DNA of 63,982 bases, filler included, from Octopus bimaculoides (taxonomy: Eukaryota), in NCBI RefSeq assembly GCF_001194135.2. It is 6 parts of 5 records of this genome, joined end to end, with 100 filler letters (N's around TTAATTAATTAA, not from the genome) between each part and the next. Parts side by side here need not be neighbours in the genome. Positions count along the whole stretch, not along the records: positions 1 to 10,127 come from NC_068987.1; 5 more parts are not named here. One strand, written 5' to 3'. Under the pieces are notes generated by a model, which was not told the origin of the DNA, made no database searches, and worked only from the letters and a program-made list of their open reading frames with translations. Below are positions 1 to 10,227 of the stretch, piece by piece (the stretch's first letter is position 1; each line of letters begins with the position of its first letter). Made by a program: the position numbers and the translations under genes.

Positions 1-133
1 ATGGTTCCGGGTTCCGTCCCACTGCGTGGCACCTTGGGCAAGTGTCTTCTACTATAGTCTCGGGCCGACCGAAGCCTTGTGAGTGGATTTGGTAGACGGA
101 AACTGAAAGAAGTCCGTCGTATGTATATGTATG

Positions 134-185
<52 letters not shown>

Positions 186-352
186 TGTGTCTGTGTTTGT
201 TCCCCCAACATCGCTTGACAACCGATGCTGGTGTGTTTACGTCCCCGTAACTTAGCAGTTCGGCAAAGTCCTGGGGACGATTTGCTCGACTAAAGGCGGT
301 GCTCCAGTATGGCCGTAGTCAAATGACTGAAACAGGTAAAAGAGTAAAAGAG
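1..352 (+). mobile_element. tRNA-derived SINE family A, bipartite with internal (TA)n/(TG)n; 5' head cut by the window edge
   Basis: Matches the complete copy at 45745-46145: B-box-like GGTTCCGGGTTC, CORE-like ACCTTGGGCAAGTG, internal microsatellite, 3' tail GACTGAAACAGGTAAAAGAG. Confidence 0.9.
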
Positions 353-453
353 TATACATACATACATACATACATACATACATACGTGCGTACATATATA
401 CATTTACAGATATATATATACGCACATAATTATATTGGAAATGAAATTCTTTT

Positions 454-686
454 AAGGTGGCGAGCTGGCAGAAACGTTAGCACGCCGGGCGAAATGCTTA
501 GCGGTATTTCGTCTGCCGTTACGTTCTGAGTTCAAATTCCGCCGAGCTCGACTTTGCTTTTCATCCTTTCGGGGTCGATAAATTAAGTACCAGTTACGCA
601 CTGGGGTCGATGTGATCGACTTAATCCGTTCGTCTGTTCTTGTTTGTTCTCTCTATGTTTAGCCCCTTGTGGGCAATAACGAAATA
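454..686 (+). mobile_element. tRNA-derived SINE family B with tail type 1
   Basis: Head GGCGAGCTGGCAGAAACGTTAGC, B-box GAGTTCAAATTCC, central GACTTTGCTTTTCATCCTTTCGGGGTCGATAAATTAAGTACCAG (resembles the Meta/MESC SINE domain, from memory), tail CCCCTTGTGGGCAATAACGAAATA; many copies in the window. Confidence 0.88.
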
Positions 687-852
687 GGTATTTCGTCTGT
701 CTTGACGTTCTGATTTCAAATTCCGTCGAGGTCGACTTTGCCTTTCATCCTTTCGGAGTCGATAAAATAAATACCAGCTGCATACTGGTCGATCTAATCG
801 ACTGGCCCCTTCCTCCAAAACTTCGGGCTTTGTGCCTAGAGTAGAAAAGAAT
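687..852 (+). mobile_element. SINE family B, 5'-truncated, tail type 2, directly tandem to the previous copy
   Basis: Restarts at GGTATTTCGTCTG and ends GGGCTTTGTGCCTAGAGTAGAAAAGAAT. Confidence 0.85.
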
Positions 853-1286
853 ATGAAATTCTTTTGCTATCCTTATATATACGCGCGCATATACACTCAC
901 ATAAATGTATATATTTATGTGAGTGAGTGTGTTTCCGTGTGTGTGTGTGTGTGTGTGACACACAAGTGTTCCGCTTAAAGTATTAAACAAAAGAAACAAA
1001 TAAAATGTACAAAAATGACTAATATAAATGAATAACAAAATATATTTTCTTTTCTTTCCCTTTCAAGTTCTCACCGTATGTATGAACGGTATGAACTAAT
1101 GTTTGAAGGGCCATAAATAGCGAAATAATCCTAACTGAAGCCCTGACAGCCTTGGCACCGCTATTGCTCTGACGTCCGCTAAGAAACACTGACTAATATT
1201 GATAAATATCAGATTTCCAATTTTTCCTTTATTAACACGTTTTTGTGTCTTTTGCTTACTTGCTTATGTTATAACTGTCTGTTTCA

Positions 1287-1510
1287 AAGGCGGCGAGCTG
1301 GCAGAATCGTTAGCACGCTGGGCGAAATGTTTAGCGGTATTCATCAGCCGCTCATTTACCGCTACGTTCTGAGTTCAAATTCCGCCGAGGTCAACCTTGC
1401 CTTTCATCCTTTTGGGAGTCGATACATTAAGTACCTGTTGCGTACTGGATCGATCTAATCGACCAGCCCTCTCACCCAAAATTTCAGGCCTTGTGCCTAG
1501 AGAATAGAAA
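1287..1510 (+). mobile_element. SINE family B, tail type 2
   Basis: Full head-to-tail similarity to 454-852; ends GGCCTTGTGCCTAGAGAATAGAAA. Confidence 0.88.
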
Positions 1511-2014
1511 TAAATAAAATAAAATAAAAATAGGAATAAAATAAGAATAAAGTAAAAATAAAAATAAATGAAGTAAAAATAAATATATTTTTATATTTGT
1601 ATTAAATTTTTGTGAATCTCTTAAAAGGCCTAGCGAATCATGCATGTACCCCCATTACATCATTTTCATCTGCTCATTACGCCGGCACACAGGAGCTATA
1701 GGGATAGAATGGGGCATGCCAACTTTAGTTATGAAACAGCTGTAAGTTTCTGTATATTCTCCAATTGCTAAATGTACTTTATATTTGTAACCTTAACTGT
1801 TAATATGACATGGTATGTCATAAGCATCTGTATATTGTGGTTTTTGCCATTTTAGTTACAAAATAAACAAATTAATTCAATGGAATACATTGTCTGGAAG
1901 TCGATTGATACTGCATATTATCTTCCATTTTCTTATTGCTATATATAGGGAGAATTCACAAAAAAAAAAAAAAGACGAAGACAGGTGGTGTAGACAACAA
2001 ACAGATGAGTTAGT

Positions 2015-2120
2015 ATAACGCTCGGGAAGTGAAAAAGTCTTTAAAGTTTCGAGCCTACGCTCTTCCACAGAAAGGAACACAGAAAGAAACAAGGAGAGAA
2101 AAAACGAATGTGTAGTGGCT
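2015..2120 (-). repeat. Probable Penelope-associated short repeat with a degenerate hammerhead-like motif
   Basis: Minus strand reads CTGTGGA-A-GAGC-GTAG-GCTC-GAAAC: perfect 4-bp stem II before GAAAC, but the core is CUGUGGA instead of CUGANGA. Confidence 0.4.
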
Positions 2121-2560
2121 ATCGATCTATCTATCTATCTATCTATCTANNNNNNNNNNNNNNNNNNNNNNNNNNNNNNNNNNNNNNNNNNNNNNNNNNN
2201 NNNNNNNNNNNNNNNNNNNNNNNNNNNNNNNNNNNNNNNNNNNNNNNNNNNNNNNNNNNNNNNNNNNNNNNNNNNNNNNNNNNNNNNNNNNNNNNNNNNN
2301 NNNNNNNNNNNNNNNNNNNNNNNNNNNNNNNNNNNNNNNNNNNNNNNNNNNNNNNNNNNNNNNNNNNNNNNNNNNNNNNNNNNNNNNNNNNNNNNNNNNN
2401 NNNNNNNNNNNNNNNNNNNNNNNNNNNNNNNNNNNNNNNNNNNNNNNNNNNNNNNNNNNNNNNNNNNNNNNNNNNNNNNNNNNNNNNNNNNNNNNNNNNN
2501 NNNNNNNNNNNNNNNNNNNNNNNNNNNNNNNNNNNNNNNNNNNNNNNNNNNNNNNNNNNN

Positions 2561-2597
<37 letters not shown>

Positions 2598-3293
2598 ATA
2601 TATATGTATGCATGTATATATTTATTTATTTATGTGTTTCAGCCAAGTGGCTGCGGTCATGCTGGTGCACCACCGTCACATAAAAATTTGACGAGTCATT
2701 TCTTGGCACGTAATCCATCCCTCGTGACCCCAAATATCATATATACAACGCTATCATCTGATCCTAGTTTATTATTATAGTTGATGAGTGGCAGCCTGGG
2801 CAATGAAATATTACCCGAATATCCTGACACGGTTAATGAATGCGTGATTTCTTTGTATCGGTATTGTCTGGATTCCACTTTTCCATCTCATTTCTTTCGC
2901 ATAGACTTTCCTCATAGGTTTTCTAATTAAGTTTTAATTAGTTAGAAAACAAACCCATGCGATGAGACGAATTATGATGTACGTTGAGAAGTACATACAT
3001 ATGTCTGCCTAAGTACTATATAACTGGCTTCTGGACATTTTATCGGGAGTTTAAATCTCCTGTGGTCGATTATCCATATACCTGTGTGTGTATGCCGTAG
3101 CGTTGCTAGGGGGACGTGGGTGGGTAGCTCGCCCTGGAGACGCTTTTTATAGAAGCAGCAATTTTAGCTCGGCTGTATAAGCTTCCATAGGCTCGTGGAC
3201 GCGCGGGAAACCCAGGGCTGCCCCGGGGGAACACTGTGTGTGTATGTGTGTGTGTGTGTNNNNNNNNNNTATATATATATATATATATATATA

Positions 3294-3432
3294 TACGAGG
3301 GCATACTGAAAAGTTCCTGGCTTCAAGGGTACCGCGAAAGGCCTGGCTGGAGGTTCAGCCTTCCGATTTCTTTACACGGTTTAAGGAAATCTGAAGGATC
3401 GCTGCAATAAGCGTGAGAATCTGAGAGGGGAA
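3294..3432 (+). mobile_element. Mariner-type non-autonomous element, partial
   Basis: Starts TACGAGGGCATACTGAAAAGTTCCTGGCTT (mariner-like TIR after TA); internal CTGAAGGATCGCTGCAATAAGCG shared with 50253-50449. Confidence 0.65.
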
Positions 3433-3439
3433 TATTCTT

Positions 3440-3649
3440 TCTTTTATTTTTTCATTCGTTTGCTCGTTTCATTTAATTGACTGCGACCATGCTGGAGCAC
3501 CGCCTTAACGTGTTTTTGTCGAACAATTCGACCCCAAGTACTTATTCTATCGATCTCTTTGCCGAACTGTTAGCTTATGAGGACGTTAACACACAAGCAC
3601 CGATTGTCAAGCGGTGATGGTGGAGACAAACACAGACACAAACACACAT

Positions 3650-3693
<44 letters not shown>

Positions 3694-3862
3694 GTATATG
3701 TATATACATATATATATACATATGTGTGTATGCATATGACGGGCTTCTTTCAGTTTCCTAAAACCACTCACAAGGTTTGGGTCGGCCCGAGGATATAGTA
3801 GAAGACACTTGCTCAAAGTACTGCACAGTAGAAATGAACCAGTGGTTGGGAAGCAAGCTTCT
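3440..3862 (-). mobile_element. SINE family A lacking about the first 16 nt of its head
   Basis: Reverse-complement match to 45745-46145 with internal (CA)n; head interrupted at AAGAAGCTTGCTTCCCAACC. Confidence 0.88.
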
Positions 3863-3863
3863 T

Positions 3864-6600
3864 TATTTCATTAAAATTCGCCATTGGAGGCGTTACAGAG
3901 AGGGGACAAACAAGGACAGACAAACATAAGGGGGAAGAAGCTTAAACGTATTTTTTTTTTAATTTTACAAGTTACAAATAGATTAAAATATGATTGAAAT
4001 TGATTTTAAAATTAATTTTAAAATATTACACAAGAAATCATTGCGCTTCGCAATGAGGTAGCTAGAAGGAAGGCAACCGACCATCCTGGTAGAACCTTTG
4101 CTTCCCAAATTGACCTNNNNNNNNNNNNNNNNNNNNNNNNNNNNNNNNNNNNNNNNNNNNNNNNNNNNNNNNNNNNNNNNNNNNNNNNNNNNNNNNNNNN
4201 NNNNNNNNNNNNNNNNNNNNNNNNNNNNNNNNNNNNNNNNNNNNNNNNNNNNNNNNNNNNNNNNNNNNNNNNNNNNNNNNNNNNNNNNNNNNNNNNNNNN
4301 NNNNNNNNNNNNNNNNNNNNNNNNNNNNNNNNNNNNNNNNNNNNNNNNNNNNNNNNNNNNNNNNNNNNNNNNNNNNNNNNNNNNNNNNNNNNNNNNNNNN
4401 NNNNNNNNNNNNNNNNNNNNNNNNNNNNNNNNNNNNNNNNNNNNNNNNNNNNNNNNNNNNNNNNNNNNNNNNNNNNNNNNNNNNNNNNNNNNNNNNNNNN
4501 NNNNNNNNNNNNNNNNNNNNNNNNNNNNNNNNNNNNNNNNNNNNNNNNNNNNNNNNNNNNNNNNNNNNNNNNNNNNNNNNNNNNNNNNNNNNNNNNNNNN
4601 NNNNNNNNNNNNNNNNNNNNNNNNNNNNNNNNNNNNNNNNNNNNNNNNNNNNNNNNNNNNNNNNNNNNNNNNNNNGCCAGAGATTTCTGGTAATTATCCA
4701 GATACCTCGGCCCGAACGTTCTCCTAAATAGGCTGACCAACTGACTTTCATCGTAGCCTAGGGTCTCCCCCAAGGCGTCTTCTGACATAGATTCCACTAA
4801 CTCGCTATAAAAATCCGCGGTGGAACTCCTGCTGCCGGCATTGCCCGCCCGAGAGAGTAGGTGGAGCGCCTGGCGGCACTCCAAATGCCAGTCTCCCAGC
4901 TTAGGTCTCTGCTTAATCCATGTACCAATGTCCGTTAAGGACACTAACTTTGGAAGGAAGAACCGAACGTGCGGTGACCACACCTGTTCTCCATCCAGGT
5001 AAAACCAGAGGTGCCTCAACCGTAACGCGAGTTTTCGCATCCTCAGCCAAGGCATCCCTAGCCCACCTTTTAGCGGTTACTGGTAGCAGACAGAGCGCTT
5101 AACAAGTGGTTTTCCTCCTATACACAAAAAGCGGAAAAGGATTCTCTCCAACTTGTTCAGCCACAAATCGGGGCAAGGCACCACGGTCAGGCGGTAGGTA
5201 ATTACTGATGCTATAAACATCTGCACCACTTCCGCCCTTCGTAGCAATGATAACGCCCGCCCAGACTAGGTATGGGTTAGAGCGGTCACCTTGCTGGCCA
5301 CCTCACTCCAATTTTTCTCTATCTGGAGGTCTGGACCTATCCAGACTCCGAGCAACTTAACAGGACCTTACGTCCAACGCCCCACGACGTTATTGGACGC
5401 CATCGACTTGCCCTTCGAGGTGCCGAGTTGCAAACCGACCGACTTGTCCTTGTTAACCTTTGCTCCTGCCACCGCCTCGTAACTTTTGATGGCCTTTTCC
5501 ACCACTGGAATCTGGCCCTCATACACCACGATGATGGAAATGTCATCCGCGTACGCTGTAGCTCTCCTTCCACACCATAGATCAAGTGGAGCGCCCCCTA
5601 GTGCCTCCAACTTCCGCAGCAGTGGCTTCAGGGCCAACACATACAGAAGCGGGGATAGGGGGCACCCCTGACGAACTGAACGCTCGATCCTGAACGGTTT
5701 CGAAAAGAACCCGTTGACCTTGACGACAGACTCGATGTCGCTGTACAAAGCAGCAATCCAACCGCGGAAGGTCGGGCCTAGGCCAGCCTTCTCGAGTACC
5801 ACCGCCAAGTACCGATGGTCGACCCTATCAAACGCCTTAGACTGGTCTAAATGTACCAGTGCCCCTCCTACTAAGCCAGCAAGTTTCCTTATCCTCTCTA
5901 AGGAGTAGCGTATAAGGTGGAGATTGTCGTGTATCGACCTGCCCGGGATAGCACAAGTTTGTGCTTCCCCAACAAGTTCGCCCACGACCCGCGCCAACCT
6001 TTTCGCTAACACCTTGGCCAAAATCTTTAACTCTGTATTTAACAGAGTTATGGGCCTAAAGTTCCCTATCTCGTCCCCCTTGCTCGGGTCCTTTCTAATC
6101 AACGTCACTGCCCCCCGGCTCGCAGACTTGGGGATTCTCCCATTCTGCTGCCAGTTGGCGTAAACGCTGGTCAGTAGGTGCCCGCACAAGTCTGGCATAC
6201 TTTTGTAAAATTCATAGGGCAGACCATCGAGACCCGGCGACTTGTCCCCGGGACATTCGCCCAACACCTCGATCACCTCCTCGGCTGTGATTGGCCCTTC
6301 ACAGCACTCAGCCTTTCTTGCCGAGAGACGCGGTCCGCCAGTCAGGAAGTCCCTGAGGGCTTCACTATGATCAAGTGTTCGTGAAGCGCCTCACACATCT
6401 CGTCCCGTTCTTTAACCGTGCGTCCTTTTTCGATAATAAGAGACCTTATTGTGGGTTCGTTGCCACGCTGGGTTTCCACCGTGCGGGCCCATCCGGCAAC
6501 GTTAATTCCCTCGCGGTCCAATGCTCTCACTTTAGCCCGGACTCTGCACCCCTCATTTTTAGCTTTGAAACTGTGGAAATCGTTTGCCTGTGTATACCCA
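3864..6600 (-). mobile_element. L1/Tx1-clade non-LTR retrotransposon, 5'-truncated ORF2 and 3' UTR, interrupted by an N gap
   Basis: RT motifs in ORF 5368-6276; downstream C-terminal ORF2 segment (WHLECRQAL..., FYSELVES..., YLDNYQKSL) in 4676-5055; 3' tail TTTGTCTGTCCTTGTTTGTCCCCTC...AATAAAG at 3864-3935, assigned across the gap by inference. Confidence 0.88.
5368..6276 (-). pseudogene. Reverse transcriptase domain of Tx1/L1-type ORF2; an open segment within a disrupted ORF
   Basis: KSPGLDGLPYEFY, FRPITLLNTELKILAKVLAKRL, QTCAIPGRSIHDNL, LDQSKAFDRVDH, VRQGCPLSPLLYVLAL, AYADD. Confidence 0.92.
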
Positions 6601-6623
6601 CACACGCACGAGTATACATATAA

Positions 6624-6677
<54 letters not shown>

Positions 6678-6974
6678 ACACATAGAGGATTCAGAATTCA
6701 AGTGAATCAAGTACTTAAATAATGAAGCACTGGGTCGAGTCAAAAAATAAAAAAATAGAAAATTGCCTATACAATGAAATCAGTGTAACAAACACCTACA
6801 TACCGACATATAAACAGATTATTATCCCAGTTCAAAATACGACTAACCGCACCCAACTGAGTATATTATGAGTCCCAAGGCTGTATTTAGAAACACAAGC
6901 TGCACTAATTGAACTGCATTTAATAGAGTCCAGATCCACGTTAATAGCAGTTTCCAAGTAAGGTGAATAATAAA

Positions 6975-7320
6975 TAATTAACAACAGCTGGATAATGGTT
7001 CATTCGCTACAGCTGTTTCCATCGAGTTTATTTTTATGGATTATTAGAGATATTACGTCATGCAAAACGAAAAACAGCTTTCATCAGGTAAATACACACG
7101 AATTGCACATTTAAAGAAAACGTTTTGACTATCACTGGTCAAAAAATTATGAAATGCACAAACTAATGATTTTTGGAATTTTTCCTTTTAATGTGTAATT
7201 CGCGTAAATTCACCACATGAAAACGTTTTCTTTTCGCATGATGTAATACCTCTATTCATCAATAAAAGAACTCATTGTAAACAGCTGTAGTGAATGAACC
7301 ATTATCCATCAGTTGTTATT
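6975..7320. repeat. Inverted-repeat element with arms of about 105 bp
   Basis: Left arm GGATAATGGTTCATTCGCTACAGCTGTTTCC... is reverse-complementary to right arm ...GTAAACAGCTGTAGTGAATGAACCATTATCC. Confidence 0.8.
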
Positions 7321-7357
7321 TATTTATGCATACGTATACATACATACATACATATAC

Positions 7358-7396
<39 letters not shown>

Positions 7397-7679
7397 NNNN
7401 NNNNNNNNNNNNNNNNNNNNNNNNNNNNNNNNNNNNNNNNNNNNNNNNNNNNNNNNNNNNNNNNNNNNNNNNNNNNNNNNNNNNNNNNNNNNNNNNNNNN
7501 NNNNNNNNNNNNNNNNNNNNNNNNNNNNNNNNNNNNNNNNNNNNNNNNNNNNNNNNNNNNNNNNNNNNNNNNNNNNNNNNNNNNNNNNNNNNNNNNNNNN
7601 NNNNNNNNNNNNNNNNNNNNNNNNNNNNNNNNNNNNNNNNNNNNNNNNNNNNNNNNNNNNNNNNNNNNNNNNNATATAT

Positions 7680-8035
7680 CCTTTTATTTGTTTCAGTCAT
7701 TTGACTGCAGCCATGCTGGAGCACCGCCTTTAGTCGAACAAATCTACCCCAGGACTTATTCTTTGTAAGCCTAGTACTTATTCTATCGGTCTCTTTTGCC
7801 GAAACGCTAAAATACGGGGACGTAAACACACCAACATCGGTTGTCAAGCGATTGTTGGGGACAAACCCCCACACACACACACACATTATGAGCTTCTTTC
7901 AGTTTCCGTCTACCAAATCCACTCACAAGGCTTTGGCTGGCCCGAGGCTATAGTAGAATATTCTTGCCCAAAGTGTCATGCAGTAGGACTGAACCCAGAA
8001 CCATATGGTTGGTAAGCAAGCTACTTACTACGCAA
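7680..8035 (-). mobile_element. SINE family A
   Basis: Reverse-complement match to the family A consensus from tail to head. Confidence 0.9.
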
Positions 8036-8729
8036 TATACCTACATATACACACATGAGCGTATATGTGCTTGTGTTTCTGCTACAAGCAACTGTCAAAA
8101 TTCTTTATCCATGATACCTCTTTACAGTGACTTATAACGGGGCAGCAAGAGCTACGATTACTGTTGATAGATATAATAGTCCTAAAATTGCGAATGGGAT
8201 ACGAACCATTTACTTTCGGCCGTCAGTCCTATAAATTGTTTATTTATTTATTTATTTATTTATTTATTCATCTCCATGCCATTCCAAAGATATATTATGA
8301 GTCTTGATTTAGCATGTATTATCGGAATAAATCCAGCCAGTTTGCGGCCTGAAATAACAAGCTTAAACACCAAAGAATTTATACAGCCAACATCTAGACT
8401 AACAGAATTCCAAGCAGAACAATGCATTATTCAGCTGCACCTCTCTAAACGGTGAATTTCTATTGGCATTGTTATAATATTAGATGTGTTGAGTTTAAAT
8501 CAAAATTCAATTTCCTTGCAGGCATAACATACAAACGGAAGATTTCCAGTCTAGTGACTCGATGATTTCATGTATTCTATCGTACTGTATTCCGTATTGC
8601 ATTCAACCTTTCACTACGAATTTAGCACATTTCATTATTCTTTCTTGAATACAATTCTGAGGAAATATATATTTTTTTCTTTTAAAATTGTGGAATAACA
8701 ACGGTTGTTAAGCTTCGATTTTTAAGCTT

Positions 8730-8868
8730 CCTGCTGGAGCCTAGCAGCGGGAAGTTTAGACAGTGTCATGTGACAACTTGCTGGCGCTGCCTACTGGACC
8801 CTGGCAGCGGGAAATTTAGACAGTGTCACGTGACAACTAGCTGGGGCTGCCTGCTGGAGCCTAGTAGC
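8730..8868 (+). repeat. 60-bp tandem repeat, about 2.3 copies, each full unit with an E-box-like GTCA(C/T)GTGAC
   Basis: Units start at 8730, 8790 and 8850 (CCTGCTGGAGCCTAGCAGCGGGAAGTTTAGACAGTGTCA...). Confidence 0.92.
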
Positions 8869-8871
8869 AGA

Positions 8872-8903
8872 TATAAAAAGGGGAACTTGACATGACGATC
8901 AGT
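8872..8903 (+). promoter_or_regulatory. Putative Pol II core promoter: TATA box plus TCAGT initiator
   Basis: TATAAAA at 8872-8878 and TCAGT at 8899-8903, which puts the TATA at -29 relative to A8901. Confidence 0.55.
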
Positions 8904-8977
8904 CGGACGCTGACACTCGTTGATGCTGCATCGAAGAGGCCAGGGAATAGAAGAAAGAAGACATGCACCCAACACCA

Positions 8978-9054
8978 AAGCTGAAGACACCTCCGAAAGG
9001 AGGGGCCCCGCCACGTCAAAACGGTAGAGGAGTAGGGGCCGAAACCGGACGTGG
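8978..9054 (+). ncRNA. Hammerhead-like motif 1 with an inserted hairpin; degenerate
   Basis: CTGAAGA (8981), hairpin CCTCC-GAAA-GGAGG, stem GGCCCC/GGGGCC directly before GAAAC (9041), then CGGAC; stems I and III imperfect. Confidence 0.4.
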
Positions 9055-9056
9055 TT

Positions 9057-9133
9057 CCTCCTGATGATGTCTTGAGCTAACTGGATCCTATAAAGGAGCT
9101 GTTGTGGTAGCAGACCACGAAACATGGTTGAAG
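9057..9133 (+). ncRNA. Hammerhead-like motif 2 with an inserted hairpin; degenerate
   Basis: CCTC-CTGATGA (9061), hairpin TCCT-ATAA-AGGA, stem GTGG/CCAC before GAAAC (9119), AC-ATG-GT-T, then GAAG (3 of 4 pairs with CCTC). Confidence 0.45.
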
Positions 9134-9195
9134 TTCCTCCTATAAGAATGCACACAAAATCTCGCGCAAACAAACACACACACGCACGCACACAA

Positions 9196-9227
<32 letters not shown>

Positions 9228-9794
9228 AACTTCATCAATGACCTTTATCTATTCACAGGAGACGAAGAAATGTCTTGTTTTCCATCTTTCTCTTTCCTCG
9301 TCGCTCAAATACCCTTTCTTCTCCCTCCCCCCATTATACTGATTGGTACAACGTGTGCGATGAATTTGAAGGCATATCCAAGAGTGGCAGTCTTTATTGT
9401 TGTGTAGTTGGTGCTTTCTGCCGTTGTAATTTTTAGTGCCTGTAGCTAATTTCGATCGTCTTCTATTGCCTTTAGAAAATGTCTCCCATATAAATGGTTT
9501 GATGTTACGTTCAGTCACGTCTGTGCTTCAACGTGCGTTTAGTGCTAAACAGAGATGCCTTTTGCATGCATTCTTATATAGGAGATAGGGTCGGACAGCT
9601 AAAAGCAATCTGCATTTAAGTTGGCTATCCAGTAAATCTTTAGGGATATGACGTCAAATTTTGCGGTGCGCGCGACTCGAATCGTCATAAGCAACGCTCA
9701 CTTATGATTGCACATGTGATTTTTTTATCCTCTTCCGCGAGGGTCTTAGTATTAGTAAATATGGCATTTCATGTGATGCCCAGATGATACGATC

Positions 9795-10100
9795 CCAGAT
9801 GAGGGTCCCAGTTGATCTGATCAACGGAACAGCTTGCTCGTGAAATTAACGTGCAAGTCGCTGAGCATTCCACAAACACGTGTACCCTTAACGTACTTCT
9901 CAGGGAGTTTCAGCATGGCACAGAGTGTGACAAGGCTGGCCCTTTTGAAATACAGGTACTACTCAATTTTGTCAGCTGAGTGGACTGGAGCAATGTGAAA
10001 TAAAGTGTCTTGCTCAAGGACACAAATGTGTCGCCGGGAATTGAAATCACGACCTTACGATCGTGAGCCGAATGTCCTAACCACTAGGCCACGCGCCTTC
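9795..10100 (-). mobile_element. tRNA-derived SINE family C
   Basis: Reverse-complement match to 54059-54447; head GAAGGCGCGTGGCCTAGTGGTTAGG. Confidence 0.88.
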
Positions 10101-10127
10101 ACGAATATCCATATAAGTATACGTATA

Positions 10128-10227
10128 NNNNNNNNNNNNNNNNNNNNNNNNNNNNNNNNNNNNNNNNNNNNTTAATTAATTAANNNNNNNNNNNNNNNNN
10201 NNNNNNNNNNNNNNNNNNNNNNNNNNN
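10128..10227. other. Artificial scaffold spacer 44N-TTAATTAATTAA-44N (linkers also at 16780, 27974, 59067 and 62917)
   Basis: Identical 12-mer with stops in all six frames, centred in a 100-nt gap at five places. Confidence 0.95.

Noticed and set aside
5368-6276. Functional RT gene
   Set aside because: It is an open segment of a truncated Tx1 ORF2; the flanking frames are shifted and there is no upstream endonuclease or ORF1
10172-10183. TTAATTAATTAA recurring five times at regular-looking positions
   Set aside because: It is always centred in a 44N+12+44N block, so it is an assembly linker with six-frame stops rather than biology; adjacency across these spacers is unreliable
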